Source of the DNA: Psammoneis japonica
Lineage: Eukaryota
DNA length: 64,000 nt
Assembly: GCA_008632985.1 (NCBI GenBank)
Contig: QPGO01000073.1
Coordinates: 1-64,000 of the forward strand
Reading direction: 5' to 3'
Shown here: piece after piece, positions 36,001 to 49,545 of the stretch
How the letters are laid out: every line of letters starts with the position of its first letter
How positions within the stretch are numbered: the first letter of the stretch is position 1
Made by a program: the position numbers and the translations under genes
The notes under the pieces: generated by a model
What the model was told of the DNA's origin: nothing
The model's input: the letters and a program-made list of their open reading frames with translations, nothing else
The model's database searches: none

Positions 36001-39000
36001 TGCACTGTGCTCGAAGAACGAGTGCAAACGAAAGTAGAACAGTGTACGAAAAGTGGAAATCATGAGACCAGATTTTGCTCTGTGATTTTTGGTTTCTCCG
36101 AATGAGTTCTCAATGGCCTGAAGCTTCTGCACTGCTTCTGCAGACAAAAGGCCTTTCGGAGAACACAATCGTGACAACAGACAGTCCGAGTGCGATTGCT
36201 TTTGACACATGAGATGTCAGCATCGTCTGTCAATCGCATTTGCGATTTTCGACTTCCGACCAACTCTGTGTGATCGTTCTGTCCTTCGCACGCATCCACG
36301 ACTGTGGCACGATTGACATGCAAACAACACACAATCATGTGTGTGTGTGTGACAGTCGCATGCTGCACTCGCCTCCCTAATTGCACATTAGAGTCATTTG
36401 TCAAGTGGATTGTTCGACGGATGTTGACAGTGTCAATGATGTCTCCACGTTCACTGCACTGTGCCATTGGCAATGACTGTTGTCGTTTTGTACAGGCCAT
36501 GTGGGGCCGTTCCAATTTCCGAATGTCTTGTGAGAGTGACATCGTTTGTTTCTCACTTTGTGTGTGTGTGTGTGTGGCATTGCGTCGAGTGTTCTCGTTG
36601 ACGTTTTTTGTTGACATGAACACAAGGACCAACTGTCCTGCAGTGTTTTTCATGACATCGATTGCACCTGGCATTGTGCCCAGCACTCAATGCACGCTCT
36701 TTTAACCATTGTGGCATTCACTTCACTTGTGGAGTTCATGTGGTTCTGGCTGGCTAACTTTGTGTGTGCCACACTGCTCTGCTGCACTTCCACGTGTTGC
36801 AAGCAATTGACGATGGTCAAGGACATTTTCCAACCATTTTGTCTTGACAATCCTGGGATGGTTGTGGACTCCTTTGTGGATTTCTTTGTTGCTTCAACCA
36901 TCTTTCCTTTGGATTTTGATCGTCATTTGGACATTTCTTTTTGACATGCCGGCAACATTTTGTCATTCCGAAGGCACTGCTTTTGTGCACTGTTCGGACA
37001 AATGTCCATTTTTGTGTTTTGTTTCTGAATCTTTGGCACATCTCGTGTGACGTCATTTATGTCTTGCCTCGTACATCGTACATTGCAATCGTGCGGGTGC
37101 TGTGAGATTGTCTTTTGCCAATGTGAAGCAGGTGCGTGCAATGTGCGCCAATCTGTCACTGATTTTTTCTTTAACCGTCCCTGAGTGAGGCGATTTTTTC
37201 CTTGTGACATGAGCATTTTTGATCTCGCTCGCCTCCACGAAAAGTGTTCGTATGACATGTCGCGTCCGACAATTTGGAGGAAATGTCTTTGTCCCGTTTT
37301 GTTCAGCATCGAGAACTTTGCAGTTCAACGGAAAGACATTGTCGCAGGATTTTGGTGGGACCTTTTCAGCCAACTCTTCTGTGCTGAGGTTTTCCACAGG
37401 TTCTATTTTTTTGCAGCAAGTCGGCTGATCGCTCTTGCGACGACGTTTGCCTTGCCCTCGATGTGTTTTATTTTGGGGCTAGAATTCTGCACTCTAAGTC
37501 GTCAACGCATGACTCTGTCCATTGTGTGTTGTGAACCGCATGCACAATGATCTGTTGGCCAAACAGCACATTCCAGGAATTGTTGAGTGTTTCCACTGTG
37601 GACAGAAGTTCTTTTTCCGTTGTGACTTGAACATTGCAATGCCGTGTTTGATGGTGACATGGTTTTTGATGTGATGCGCTCCACATTTTCGGAGACTTTT
37701 CGTTCTGCACTTGTCCTTTTGCCGTTTGACCTTTGTTGAGGTGGATTTGGCTGGAAATGTGCAGGAGATCATTGAGACTGCATGTCTTTGTGGTGGCAAC
37801 ATGTGTCGACAAGCTGTCATAATTTTCTTTGCGTTTTGCTCAATGTTGCGATTGCCGGAATCGCCTCCATTTTCTTTGCAATCGGATGTGTGCCGTTGCG
37901 CATGGAAGTCTTGACAACATTTTTCAAGTCAAGCAGTGAAGGACTTTTGTTTGTTGACCTTCAAAGCGACTGTTCCAGTCGTGTGAATGCCATTTCAAGT
38001 TTTTCTTGTGCAGGTGACATTTTGAAGTTACTTTCTGTCAGGTACAAACGTTCATTCATGGTCGTTCTGACAACTTTAAACCTGTCATGAGTTCGCTCAT
38101 GTGTTGCACGAAAATGTCTGGGGCTCTGCAGATTCTCATTGGAAGTCCACAGCACTCAATTTCCCCCACGGCAACATTCTGAGGTGAGCACAACGTGTGC
38201 TTTTTTTGATTTTACATTGTGGTGTTCCATGTTTGAATCGCAACTTCATTTTTAAATCTTCAATCTTTCACAATTGGCCAAATTCCTTTCAAATGGACGC
38301 CTCCAAAGACTGTGACAGGAGAAGGTTCTCGCACGTCGCGTAATCGCGTCAGATTTTTCACGGTGAGATCCACTGGTTCTTCCCATTCATTTGTCCAACG
38401 AACTTTTTCAAAAGGATTTTAAACCTCACAAGAAGGAGACTGAGTGGTTCATCTTCTTTTGGTTCAGATGCATTGCTGCAGCTGTCACTTGATTAGAGTC
38501 GACGGCGTGACAATGTGAGTCGAGAACCATCGGTCTCGTTGTTAACTCTGTTCACTGTGTGATGTTTTTCAATGTGATCGGCACTCAGCTGGAACATTTT
38601 TGCATCGAAGAGTGCATCAACATTCTTCACAGGGTAATTGCTTCACCCCCATTTGATTTCTTCAATTGCGCAGTCTAGTGTGATTGCAAGACTGGACATC
38701 AATTCGCGTCCCATGATCATGTCATTCGACCTTGAAGGGCATTTGGTGTCATTGACACACACTGTTTGAATGTCAGCAAGTCTTAAATTCGCGCAGTGAG
38801 AACTGAATTCGGTGTTTGCTGTCAGTCGTAAAGAGCTCACCCTTGGTTTCCCAAGTTTTTTGGTGGCGGACATCTTGGTTCTCAACTTTCGCACGATTTT
38901 GCGTAAAATCATGGGCTGACGATGTTCTTCATCGAGAGAACACGCAGAAGCTTGTTTTTTGCTTTTCTCAGAGAAGTGATCACATAGACAGCGAGGGTGG

Positions 39001-40636
39001 GACTCGCACAACACACTGTGATGCTTTTTCTGGGTTTCCAGACGTCCTGCAACGCGTTGTGCTCCTTGAGCGGTGTGAATTTTTGATCGGACTCGATCGG
39101 GTCAATTTTTCTAAATTGACAGTTTTGTTCGTCAAGCATTTTAGAGTCTTAATTTTTGCTCTTGTTTTTACGTTCCTTTGTCGAGGAACTCGCTTCAATT
39201 GTTTTTGTGAACTGCCTGGTTCATGGTTCAGTTCAATTCCTCTTTCACAGAGGCATTTCTGCTCTCGTCACGTTCGCGTGCGATTGCCATTTAGAGCGTC
39301 GTATTTTTGGGTCTCTTTTAGAGCCACCCTTGCACTCTTTCGCCAACTCATTTTCAGAATGGCTTCAATCCGTGATGTGGGCATTCTTCTTTCAAAGATT
39401 GGACCTTTTGTTCACTTTGGATTGTGGTGGCACCACACAGGAGACCATTTTTGGAACCAAAATTGGAGCCTTTTTGATTGTGGAATCAACTGCACTGTCA
39501 GAGCCCGGGTTGATGTGTTTTTTTTGTCACAGACGTCCTTGCCGACCTCTGGACGACTCAAACCTCAATCAGCTCGTCAAGGGTGTGATCCAGCAGTTCA
39601 ATGTTTTGGACAGTGGGCTGATGCTGCCATCCTTGCGGTGCGAGTGACAGCTGACAAATCAGCGCTCGGTTTCCCGCTAGATTCGACTTAGAATCCATCT
39701 GAGGGTCGTGTGGACTCTCATCGTTGACCTCTTGGGTCTGTCAGAGGCTTTCTTGCTGTTGAGCGGCTCTGGTTTCTTCAGGTCGTCTCGAAAATAATTT
39801 CCCTGATTCTGAAGTGCATTTCCTCGGAGGACATGAGTTGTGAGACGCTTGAGGCACTTTCCAACGATTCCCTCTTGCTCCTTGGACTCGAGGATCATCG
39901 ACTCGGTCTCAAAAAACTCCCCAACAGTCTCTCCTTGCATGGCAGACGCATTTCTCGGATCTGATCGACTCGGAACTTGCACTCTCTGCAACCATGACTT
40001 GGTGTAGATTTTTTGACAATGCAGTGCACTTGAGAGCCCTTGATCCTTGGGTGCTTGGAGCAGACCGCATTGGAGCGAATCCTCTTGTTTGGCAGACGAA
40101 AAACAGCGTTCCATCTTGAGGCACTGCTCGGCTTGAGCTTCTTCCGCTCGGAAATCGATTCCAGCAGAACTGATGCGATTCGTTCCTGTTCACAGAAGAA
40201 TTTGCAAAGGCACATTAGTTGAAATTTTCATTTTCCGTGCTTTTTACCTTCTGTGGTGTGTGTGCACAATGCACCATGCTCAAAGAACGAGTGCAAACGA
40301 AAGCAGAACAGTGCACGAAAAGTGGAAATTATGAGATTAGATTTTGCTCTGTGATTTTTGGTTTCTCCGAATGAGTTCTCAATGGCCTAAAGCTTCTGCA
40401 CTGCTTCTACAGACAAAAGGCCTTTCGGAGAATGCAATTGTGACAACAGATGGTCCGAGTGCGATTGCTTTTGACACACAAGATGTCAGCATCGTCTGTC
40501 GATCGTATTTGCGATTTTCGACTTCCGATCAACTCTGTGTGATCGTTCTGTCCTTCGCACGCATCCACGACTGTGGCACGATTGACATGTGAACAACATG
40601 TGATCATGTGCATGCACACAACAGTCGCACACTGCA
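36001..40636 (-). mobile_element. Ty3/gypsy LTR retrotransposon, degenerate and internally shortened
   Basis: 367-bp LTRs at 36001-36367 and 40270-40636; TSD CTTC; PPT GGAGGCGAG; protease-like DMIMGRELM (~38710), RT remnant LPM...PDIF (~38130) and RNase H TTEKELLSTVETL (~37600) in gypsy order. Confidence 0.9.
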
Positions 40637-41666
40637 CTTCTTTGGACAAGCAGTGTTGGCACTGCTGCAAGTTTTGTCCATGACGATGGCAATTCATGCA
40701 GTTCCTTTCACATGGGACAAGTGAATTGATCAGTTCCTGAGTTGTCCCAAAGTCTGTGTGGTGGCAGACAATGTTCTTTTCCAACAAAAGCATGTGCTGC
40801 GGGTCCTCTGGCAACAAAGTCTGAACATGCATCAAATCTGCAAGTGTGCAATCAACTTCAATGGGGTTTGGAAACCTCGCCTTGATTGTCAAACAACAAC
40901 TCTTGTCATTTGTTGCATTGACAAACAGCAAGCACGGAACACCTGTTGTTTGTGTTGTTGTTTGTGCAGAAGTCAAATGCATCACTGTCAGCCAACCAAT
41001 TGGTGTGTGCTGCACCAACTGCAATGAAAATTGCTGCTTGTTGTGATCTTGCTCAAATCTTGTTAAGAACAAGATTGTCAGTTTTTTTGTGCAGACAATT
41101 GCCAAATCATTGATTGATTCTTGACAAGAGATGAACAACATGACAAGATTTGTCAATTGTTCATGAATGAACAACAATCAACAAAGCCACCTGTGCAACT
41201 AAAACTTGGTGCAAAACTGTCCTGAGCCAATGATGCAAGCAATGTGTCACCCAAAAATGCATCTGCACCTTGTGTCAATGTTGGTGCAGCAGCTGACAAC
41301 AGAAGAGCAGCCATGGACAAAAGCAGTCAGGGTGAGACTGCTGCCTTTTTGCACTTTTTAGATGACAATCTTGACGTTCTGAGCCCAAACAATGGCAATG
41401 TGTCCCTTGGTTTGTTGTCACCCTCACCACATTGAGAGAGGAAAAAACAACCACAAGAAGCTGCTTGCCCCACCAAGCAATGTTCATCTGTTTGAAGAAG
41501 GTGTCAACAACACCTCTGACATTCGGAGTTTGGAAAGTCTGCCAAAAATCACCGCTTCCCAACAAAAGGATGGATCCAAAACCAAGGAACTGTTTGGCTG
41601 TTTCTTGGATGAACCCCTTCAACCATTCATCCTGAAACAGCAGAGCACTGTGAGGAGACTGTCACC

Positions 41667-43450
41667 ATGAAGAGCAACCATGTGTTCTTTGCTCAGAGCA
41701 ACCAGGAATGGGAGCCAGACAAACCACTTGTCATTGACAATGCAACTTTGGCAAAGACATTTGAGGTGGGCTTTGGGAGGTGTTGGTTGGCACTTTGTGT
41801 GCCTCCTCTGTCTGTTTGTGAGGAAGCATTCAAATGTCACAAGATTGATGATGTGACATTGAGGGAAACAAGAGATGGTCTTTTGGAATTGACAAAGAAT
41901 GAGGCAAATTTGAGAGATGGAAAGGAACTTTTCACAAAGGGGCGCAAGGCCGCCAAAACGTCCAGGAAATGCCAAGTCCATTTCAGCAACCAGAGCAATC
42001 CCAGGTTGAGTGGGCCAGCTGCACACACCCCCAAAAACACAGACATGGGAAGGTTTGGATCTGTCAAGCTTGTCCAGAAGTGCTCAGAAGCAAAGGAGAA
42101 GGAAGTGAGCAAGAACACAAGATCTGTCATCAGCTCTTTGGTCAAGGTGAGTCTGGACACATTCTGCTTGTTCGACATCTTTTCTCCATCTGGAGAGCTG
42201 ATGAACAAGCAGAGTTGTTGGTGGGAAACCACAAGGAGACTCCATGAAAGGGCAAAACAGTTTCCAAATGTGGATGCAAAAGATTGCTTGCCAGAAGATG
42301 AGATGCCGCACAGTGGCCTCACGGTTGGAAGCGGGTGTTGCGGCAGTGCAGCTGGCATTCACATCAACAACAATGCCTCAATGCGTTGGAATGGTTTGCC
42401 AAATTTCCATTGCAACCTCACAGACAATCCCAGCATTGCTCTCCTTGCACATGTGCCAGTCAAGAAGGGTGTGTTGAAGCCAGTCTTGGCTCTGCAATGT
42501 GCCAAGACCATGACTTGCTTTTGTGCTGGATCGCTGCATCACAGAGCGGTGCATGTGGGAACGTGCACAACTCATCTGAGCCAATTGTTTGAAGGAGCAG
42601 GAGAAGCAAAAAAAAACGCGTTCCAGGTCCAGGTGGGACCTCGCACTGCTGAACTGTGACATCAACATTTTTTTGAATCACGTCGCATGTCGCGCACGCA
42701 GATTTCTACGTGATTTTTTCGACATTTTGTGTCATTTTACGGTGCATTTGTTGAGCGATCCGTCCAACAACTTTTGACATTTGTTGTTGCAGTGCGATTC
42801 TATGATGTCTTAAGAATTGCATGGGGCAGGTGCGTTTGCAAAAACCTCGAGTGGCAAGAGGCACAATTGCACCACAAACTTGGCCGTTCATTTGATGTTG
42901 AAGATGAGTGTGTCCATCAATTAAATTCTTGCACTGCGGAGCTCGCACGTGGAATTCCACGGGCCAAATGTCACACGGAGTCCCACCTGGGGCTGGAACG
43001 CATCACAAGTTGCCAACAGCACAGCCAGAGTGGACGGAAAAGTGTGACAAAAGCCACCCGCATCTGTTTCTGGCATGGCGCACCAAGCAGAACTTGCCAT
43101 TGGTGCATGAGACAGAGGTGGTTTGTCAAAAAAGCAGCAAGGAACCTCATCTCTTTATGATGAAGATTGGCGGCAGACCAAATCAAATTGCCAACAACAG
43201 GAATGAATGGAAGGATCTGATGAGTGCAGGCAGAGACAAGGGTTGCATCCATCCATGCAAAAAGTTGGACAAAATGGAACCTTGTCATGATTTTGGAGAG
43301 ACACGCAGAATTTACGAAATTGGGCATCCACAGGAAAGCAAGCAGATCTTTGTCCTCAACAAATCAGGTCAACACATCATTGTTCAAATTGAAGTGGACT
43401 GCTGCACAAAAAAAGTCAAGTTCCTGCAGGCATGTCAGCAGCAAATGCTG
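41667..43450 (+). pseudogene. Decayed 2OG-Fe(II) dioxygenase, TET/JBP-like (tentative), interrupted by a MITE
   Basis: PHSGLTVG...GIHIN (HxD if ATCAAC was ATCGAC) at 42360-42368; FCAGSLHH second His at 42540; PHLFLAWRTKQNL at ~43058-43096 resembles the RxSxVxY strand. Recognised by eye only. Confidence 0.45.
42615..43004. mobile_element. MITE, GAC...GTC family, subtype C
   Basis: Ends AACGCGTTCCAG / CTGGAACGCATC; imperfect TSD AAAA / ACAA; internal match to 22828, 28745 and 45035. Confidence 0.88.
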
Positions 43451-45650
43451 AGTCAACAGCTTTGTTGGCTGCACCATCACCCACCACCATCTCTTCATCA
43501 CCCTCCTCCATCTCTTCATCAATTGCAGGAATGTCGTTGGTGCCCATCACAGATTCGTTGTGAACAGGAGGCAAGAGATCAACTTGCTCTCCATCCCTGG
43601 GTTGGGTGTGACCAGCTCCTTCATTGTTTGTCATAAAATCAAGAGCTGGTGCTGTGGGCATGTCCATTGCTGGGGACACAGTTCCGGGCATGTGGGCGAA
43701 GCCCAGCACATTGGGTTGCTCCCCATCTGAATGAGCAGTGGATGGACAACATGCCAGCTCAAACCTGGAGCTGGGGGCACTGGCTTCAATCGGAGCACCA
43801 CCATTCAATGACCTGTTGGAGGATGGGACAACATCATGGCGCCACATGAAATTTTTGATGTCTTGGGCAACACTCTTCTACTTGGATTTTGTCAAAGGGG
43901 CATTGGCTGCAAAGTGTTTGCGCCAGTTTGCACATTCTTGAACAGGGTTCTCATCAGCTGGCTGACTGCTTTTGGGAGCCGGTGGCACCTCATCCATGTT
44001 TGGTCAATGGAAACTTGGCCATGATCAATTGCACAAGTGCCTCCTGAACAATGCTGGGCATGCAGTGGATGACAGTCCGTCCCTGATTCTCAGTGCAGAA
44101 TTTGGTGGCAACCTTGTTGTGGCTCTGCTCCTGGTTCTTCACTGCTGTGTGTGCATGACACATGCACGCAGTGGCAGCACAGGGGAGAAAGAGATCAACC
44201 CACAAAGAGGGAACCCTTCATCCAAAGTGGCAGGCTGCATGTGGATGGACTGCATCACAACAATGAGCTGCGGCAAGATTTTGTTCAATCACATTGCCTG
44301 GAGCACTGTCGTTGGAGCCAACTTGGCACTTGATGAATGTGCTGTCCAGCAGGTCAGGAAACACAGCGCTGCCTGCCTTTGGTGGAAGGAGGCAATCAGC
44401 CTGCAAGCAGAGGAAAGAAGCAAAGGCATCTTGTTCTTGGTTCATGAAATTCAGGGCTGAGGGGCCAACCTTTTCCCAAAACTTTTGACGGACATTGGCA
44501 GCGCTGCACTTGTGAATTGACTTGTCCTTGTCTTTTGGCAAGAAGACCTGTTCCCAAACCATCTTTGCAAAGGGACATTCAGAGTGAACACCACCATCCA
44601 GCAGTGACTGCATGTTCATGCTGTTTGCAATCTCTTGTTTTGATGTGAAACCAAGAGAGAACAGCAGTGCTCCACCCACCTGAAGTTGCTTGCCTCATTG
44701 ACAAGGTCCGTCTCCAGAGTTGTCATTTCTCCAGTGTGAAGGGTCTTTTTCTGAACAGGCAGAGAGACTCTGTGGTTTTGTTGGCTTGGGTGACATTTTC
44801 TGACAGTCAGCTGCCCTTGTCTGAGTTTCTTTCAACAGCTTTTCATTTTGGTTTTTGCAAAGTCCGTGCACTCACCAAACAAAATGCAGCCACATTTTGT
44901 GCTCCTCGAGCATCAAATTTTTGGGGTCAATCTGGCAGGTGGCGCACTGCTCAGAGGCCTGAAGCAGTTTGGGAGTTTTGCAAGAAGGGGTTGCATCATG
45001 TTGCCAAAGAAATGCAAGATCTTGTGGTGGAATTGACGTGTTCCAGCCCCAGGTGGGACTCTGTGTGACATTGGGCCCGCAGAATTCTGCGTGCGAGCTC
45101 CGCAGTGTGAGAATTTAATTGATGGACACAATTGTCTTCATCATCAAAACAATGGCCAAGTTTGTGGTGCAATTGTGCCTCTTGCCACTCGACGTTTTTG
45201 CAAATGCACCTGCCCTGCGCGATTCTCAAGACATTGTAGAATCGCGCTGCAACAAAAAATGTCAAAAGTTTTTGGATGGATCGCTCAACAAGTGTGCCGC
45301 AAAATGACACAAAACATCAAAAAATCACGTAGAATTCTACGTGCGCAACATGCGACGAGATTCAAAAAACTGTCGATGTCACAGTTCAGTGGTGCGAGGT
45401 CCCACCCAGACCTGGAACGCGTCAATTGCAGGAGAGTCCACAACTCCATCCATCTCTTGGGAGAGAGAGGAAGGAGCGGCAGCAGCTTCAGTTGCTGGGT
45501 TGTCAGATGACGGATCTTCAGAAACAGAGGGAGGCTGTTGATGCAAGCTGGTCCTCCTTGTGGCTTGTGCAGGAGCAATGGGACCACCCCGTCCTGCACG
45601 GCCAGCACCACAACCATGGCCACGGCCACCTGGTTGGGTCATCTTGTGCC
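43420..45650 (-). pseudogene. Decayed ORF of unknown function, convergent with the dioxygenase-like ORF
   Basis: Successive protein-like frames (RGG-like start, 44218..44679, 43990..44205, acidic tail 43416..43847), interrupted by the MITE at 45035. Confidence 0.35.
45035..45423. mobile_element. MITE, GAC...GTC family, subtype C
   Basis: Ends GACGTGTTCCAG / CTGGAACGCGTC; TSD AATT. Confidence 0.93.
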
Positions 45651-48229
45651 ATTTCTTTGGTGGCGTGGTCAACAAACACACCAAATGGCAACATGTGTGG
45701 ATGGAAGAGTTGGCTGCTGGGAGCAGAGAAAAAAATTGGGGAAGTTTCATTCTTGACAAAAGAGCACACCAATGAGATGCAATGTCAAATGACAAGAAAA
45801 TGTAAAAACAGGTGCAAGGTGACAAGAGCAAAGGCATCACATGAAAGAACAAAATCGACGATATTGTGGCATGCTTGAGTCTTTCAAAACATTCAAAACT
45901 TTGCAAAGTTGGGCAAAACACTGTGTTTTAAAACATGAGTGCAACTCAAACAAGGACAGCAAATGAAGTGGATGGACGGATGTGATCAAAATTCTGGCCA
46001 AAAACAAGGAGTGTGGTCTGTCCTCACACCACAGAGAACAAGATGATGAGAGAGACACTGGCGGGTTGAGGAAGCGGAGTGGCAGAGAGAAAGGAGAAAA
46101 AGTGTGGGACATGAGGCATGAGACAGGGGGGAGCATGAGCTGGGAGCACGCAAGGCCAACACACTTGCACTTTCAAAAAACTTTGCACACAATGCACGAA
46201 GGCATTGTGATGATGCAGCAAGTGGCTGAGCACAGAGGGGATGATGCAGGTGTGGGACACAAGGCATGAGACAGAAAGAGAGTGAGCTGGGGCAAACAAG
46301 GTGCGCAAACTGACACTTTTGACTTGCGCTTGCAAAAAACTGCACAGGCGTTGCATGCACATGTTGTGACCATGCAAAAGGTGGGCCAAGAAGAGTGTGC
46401 GGGGACAAGGGAGGCAAAAAGGTGAGCAGCATCAGTGTGACAAGCCATTTGAACATTGAAGAAAAGCAAAACTCCAAAGATCATTCACACGCTGTCTTCT
46501 CAGGTGTCAGGCAACGTGGTGGGTGAGAACAGGGGAGGGGGCGAAAGTTGGATCACGGCCAAAATGAAGCACTTCTGAATGCAGCCAATGGAGAGATGGC
46601 AATTGCAAGGGAGGGACCAAGGGCAGGACAAAATGGAGTGGTTGCTGTGGAGGACAAGAGGGAACTCACAAGGGGAGAGAGAAAGAATGTGAACAAGGAA
46701 GAGGAAACAAAAAAGCGTCTTCAGGTGGAGAAATGAGATTTTAGAACCAACACGAATCAAGCTCAAATGGAAAAACAGACACAGCATTGTGAAGTCATTG
46801 TCAACACCAATGAGCATTGTTGCTGTGTTCTGAACAGTGTGAGAAAATTGCAGCAAATTGACACTTGACAAGAAAGAGTCATTGAAAAAAAAAGGCTGCA
46901 TTGAGTGTCATTTCCCACTTGGAAGGTTCTTTTAATTGCCAACAAAATCCAAAATCAGCGGTCAGTCAGTCATTGTCAAGATTGTGTTTGTGACAAGGCT
47001 GATTGGTTTTGAGTGCCAAATCCCACTTGGAATGTTGAAACAGTTGTCAAACTGCATTTGTGCAGTGTTGATGAACCCTTGTCAAGAGAGCGGGACTTTC
47101 AAGGAGAAAGATTGGATTCTGAACAAGAGCAACAATGTTTTCCAGACAAAACACATGTCAGATTGAGTGGCCATGCTTGTTCTTTCCTTTGACCCATCTC
47201 ATTTTCAGAGCACAGTGTGTCATGCATTCTTCTTGTGTCAAGTGGTCACAAACAAAGGACAAGGCAAAAACAGAGCCGCACATGAGCAACATTGACATGG
47301 CAGATTTGACGGCAAAGTTTCTTCTTTTCTTGCTCTGCCACAAGGGGCTGCTTTGTGTTGACATGTTGATGCATTCATTGTCGTGCATCGTGTCTCATCA
47401 CGTCGCCGTTGGTCATCATGAGGACAAAAGCACACCCACTCAACTGCAATTGCTGCATGTTGGAACATTCCATTTGTTTTTGTTCCCCTCCCCTGAGCCC
47501 TTTCATGCGTTCCTTCTGGCAAAATTGCCCTCATTTCACCCTCATTTCCCAGGTTTTCCCCAAAGGGCAAGGCAATTCCCCCTCACCCTGGCCATTTTGG
47601 GGAATCCCCAAATGGGCAAAATCAAACTGAGCTGTTGAAATGACCACCACAGAACTGGCCACATGGGACATGCATGAGCCCTGCATGTTGCGGTCCTCCC
47701 GTTGGCAGCAGAGACAACTGATTGTGTCACCTGGCACTTTTGAATGCTCCTGGTGACAAAGTGACCAGTTGAAGGTTGAAGGGCAGCAGGTTTTTCAGTT
47801 TTTTTTTTCTTGATCTTGTTTTTGCACAGCTGAGTCATCAGAGCGCACATTGCAGTGATCCAGACCACCTTTCTCACAGCAATTTTTTTGGTCGGTTGCA
47901 GCACAAAATTCTGTTGTTTCAAACCTTGACAGTTGTGCAGCTGGCAATGACATGTCAACCATGACAGATGAACATTTTTTTTGCTGTGGAAACAGCCCCC
48001 CCTCCCCATGAGGAAAACGTGTTTTGCTGTGAAACAGGGGCGCATTTTCCCCATGAGAACACCCACCCTCCATCCCTGCAAAACCTGCAAATTAAAGTCA
48101 TTTTCATTGCAGCACAAACATTCCATTTTGTTGTTTGCATTTAAATTTGATGGTGCTGATGGAGACCACACCACAGAGTTTGCAGCAGCTGCTGCAGCTC
48201 TTGTTTTCTTGAAGTGCTGCTGCCAGCAG

Positions 48230-48640
48230 CCACCTTGTTCATTGCCAAAAAAGTGCAAAATGCATCGTGAGAGTGCAGTGTGGCTGAGCTGACACCACCA
48301 ACAGGAACGGCAACACAGACTTGCTGGTGCATCCAGCACCGCTGATTCTGGAGCAGGCAAGTTTGTGGCAGGAACTGCTGCTCCATTGTTTGAGGTGCCG
48401 CTGCTCTGCTCCACCTCATTCATTGCCAAAAAGAGCAGAGCATGTTGTGAGAGTGCAACACAGATGAACCAACATGACCCATGGGAATGGCAACATGGGC
48501 TCACCAGTGCATCCAACTCTGCTGGCTCTGGAGCAGGCAAGTTTTTGGCCAAAGTGCTGTTGCTCTGATCCACCTTGTTCATTGCTGAACAGCACAGAGC
48601 ACATTGTGAGAGTGCGACACTTGATGGTGCATCAGTGCAT
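48230..48640. repeat. Degenerate tandem repeat, about 2.5 units of 160-180 bp
   Basis: CACCTTGTTCATTGC...GTGAGAGTGC recurs at ~48231, 48412 and 48571; CTGGAGCAGGCAAGTTT occurs twice. Confidence 0.7.
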
Positions 48641-48779
48641 CTGGCGCCACTGACTCCGGAGCAACACAGATGCCGGTGCATGGTGCAAGACGTTGAGCAC
48701 CCAGCTCCGCCCCTCTGCAACTCAAAGAAAGCACAGAAAAAAAGCATGCAAGCAAGCAAAAAACATCTTGAGTGCCACA

Positions 48780-49545
48780 AAATGCACTTGCTGGAATGGC
48801 TGTGGGAACAGGCACCGCCTGCATGTGTGCCACACTCTGCACAAGGCACTGCGTGAATGGCAAAGTCACATGGCAATGACCAAGTTTGCCCCACACCTCC
48901 CATGCTGCAGACAGTTCATCGATGACATGTTTAGAGCATGGACCAGAAACAGCAGAGAGACTTGGGAAGCCTTTGAAAACAAGCCCAACAACTCAGGCAA
49001 CCTCCAATGGGTTGTGCCTCCCCACTCTCTGCCTCTGCAGTCTTTCTGGATCTGGGTGCGAAAATTGGAAAAGACGGATGCAACGTAAGTGAACATGTCA
49101 AAAACCAACAAAGCGCTTTTTGTGCATGCTTTTTTTGAAGAGTGTCATGTGTGGCAAAGAACTTGTCATGCGTGTGATTCTGAGAGCTGCAGGGACAAGC
49201 ACCGCCTGCAGTCTTTCTGGATCTGGATGCAGAAATTGGAGAGGACGGATGTGTTGTTGGCAAATGCATCAAAAACCAATGAACCTTTTTTTGCACACAC
49301 CTTGTTTGAAGAGTGTCATTTGTGGCAACTCACAATGATTCTGGATGCAAAACTCTGACATGCACAATTGCACCAATGCTGCAGAAAAGCAAGTTTGTGA
49401 CATGTGTGCACACAACAAAACACCAGCAGCTCAGCATTCTGGATGCGGCAGATTCTTGACAGCACACTCGTGATCACAAAACTCAAGCTTTGCCCAAATC
49501 AAAACCCATCTTGACCAACCAGAAGGACAGCAGGTTTCGCCATGT
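48780..49545 (+). mobile_element. Penelope-like retroelement RT fragment with a ~170-bp tandem duplication
   Basis: GMAVGTGTACMCATLC (cf. GxAMGT..ACMYATLY), LPCCRQFIDDMF (cf. YYxRFIDD); VFLDL thumb region duplicated at ~49035 and ~49205. Confidence 0.65.
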
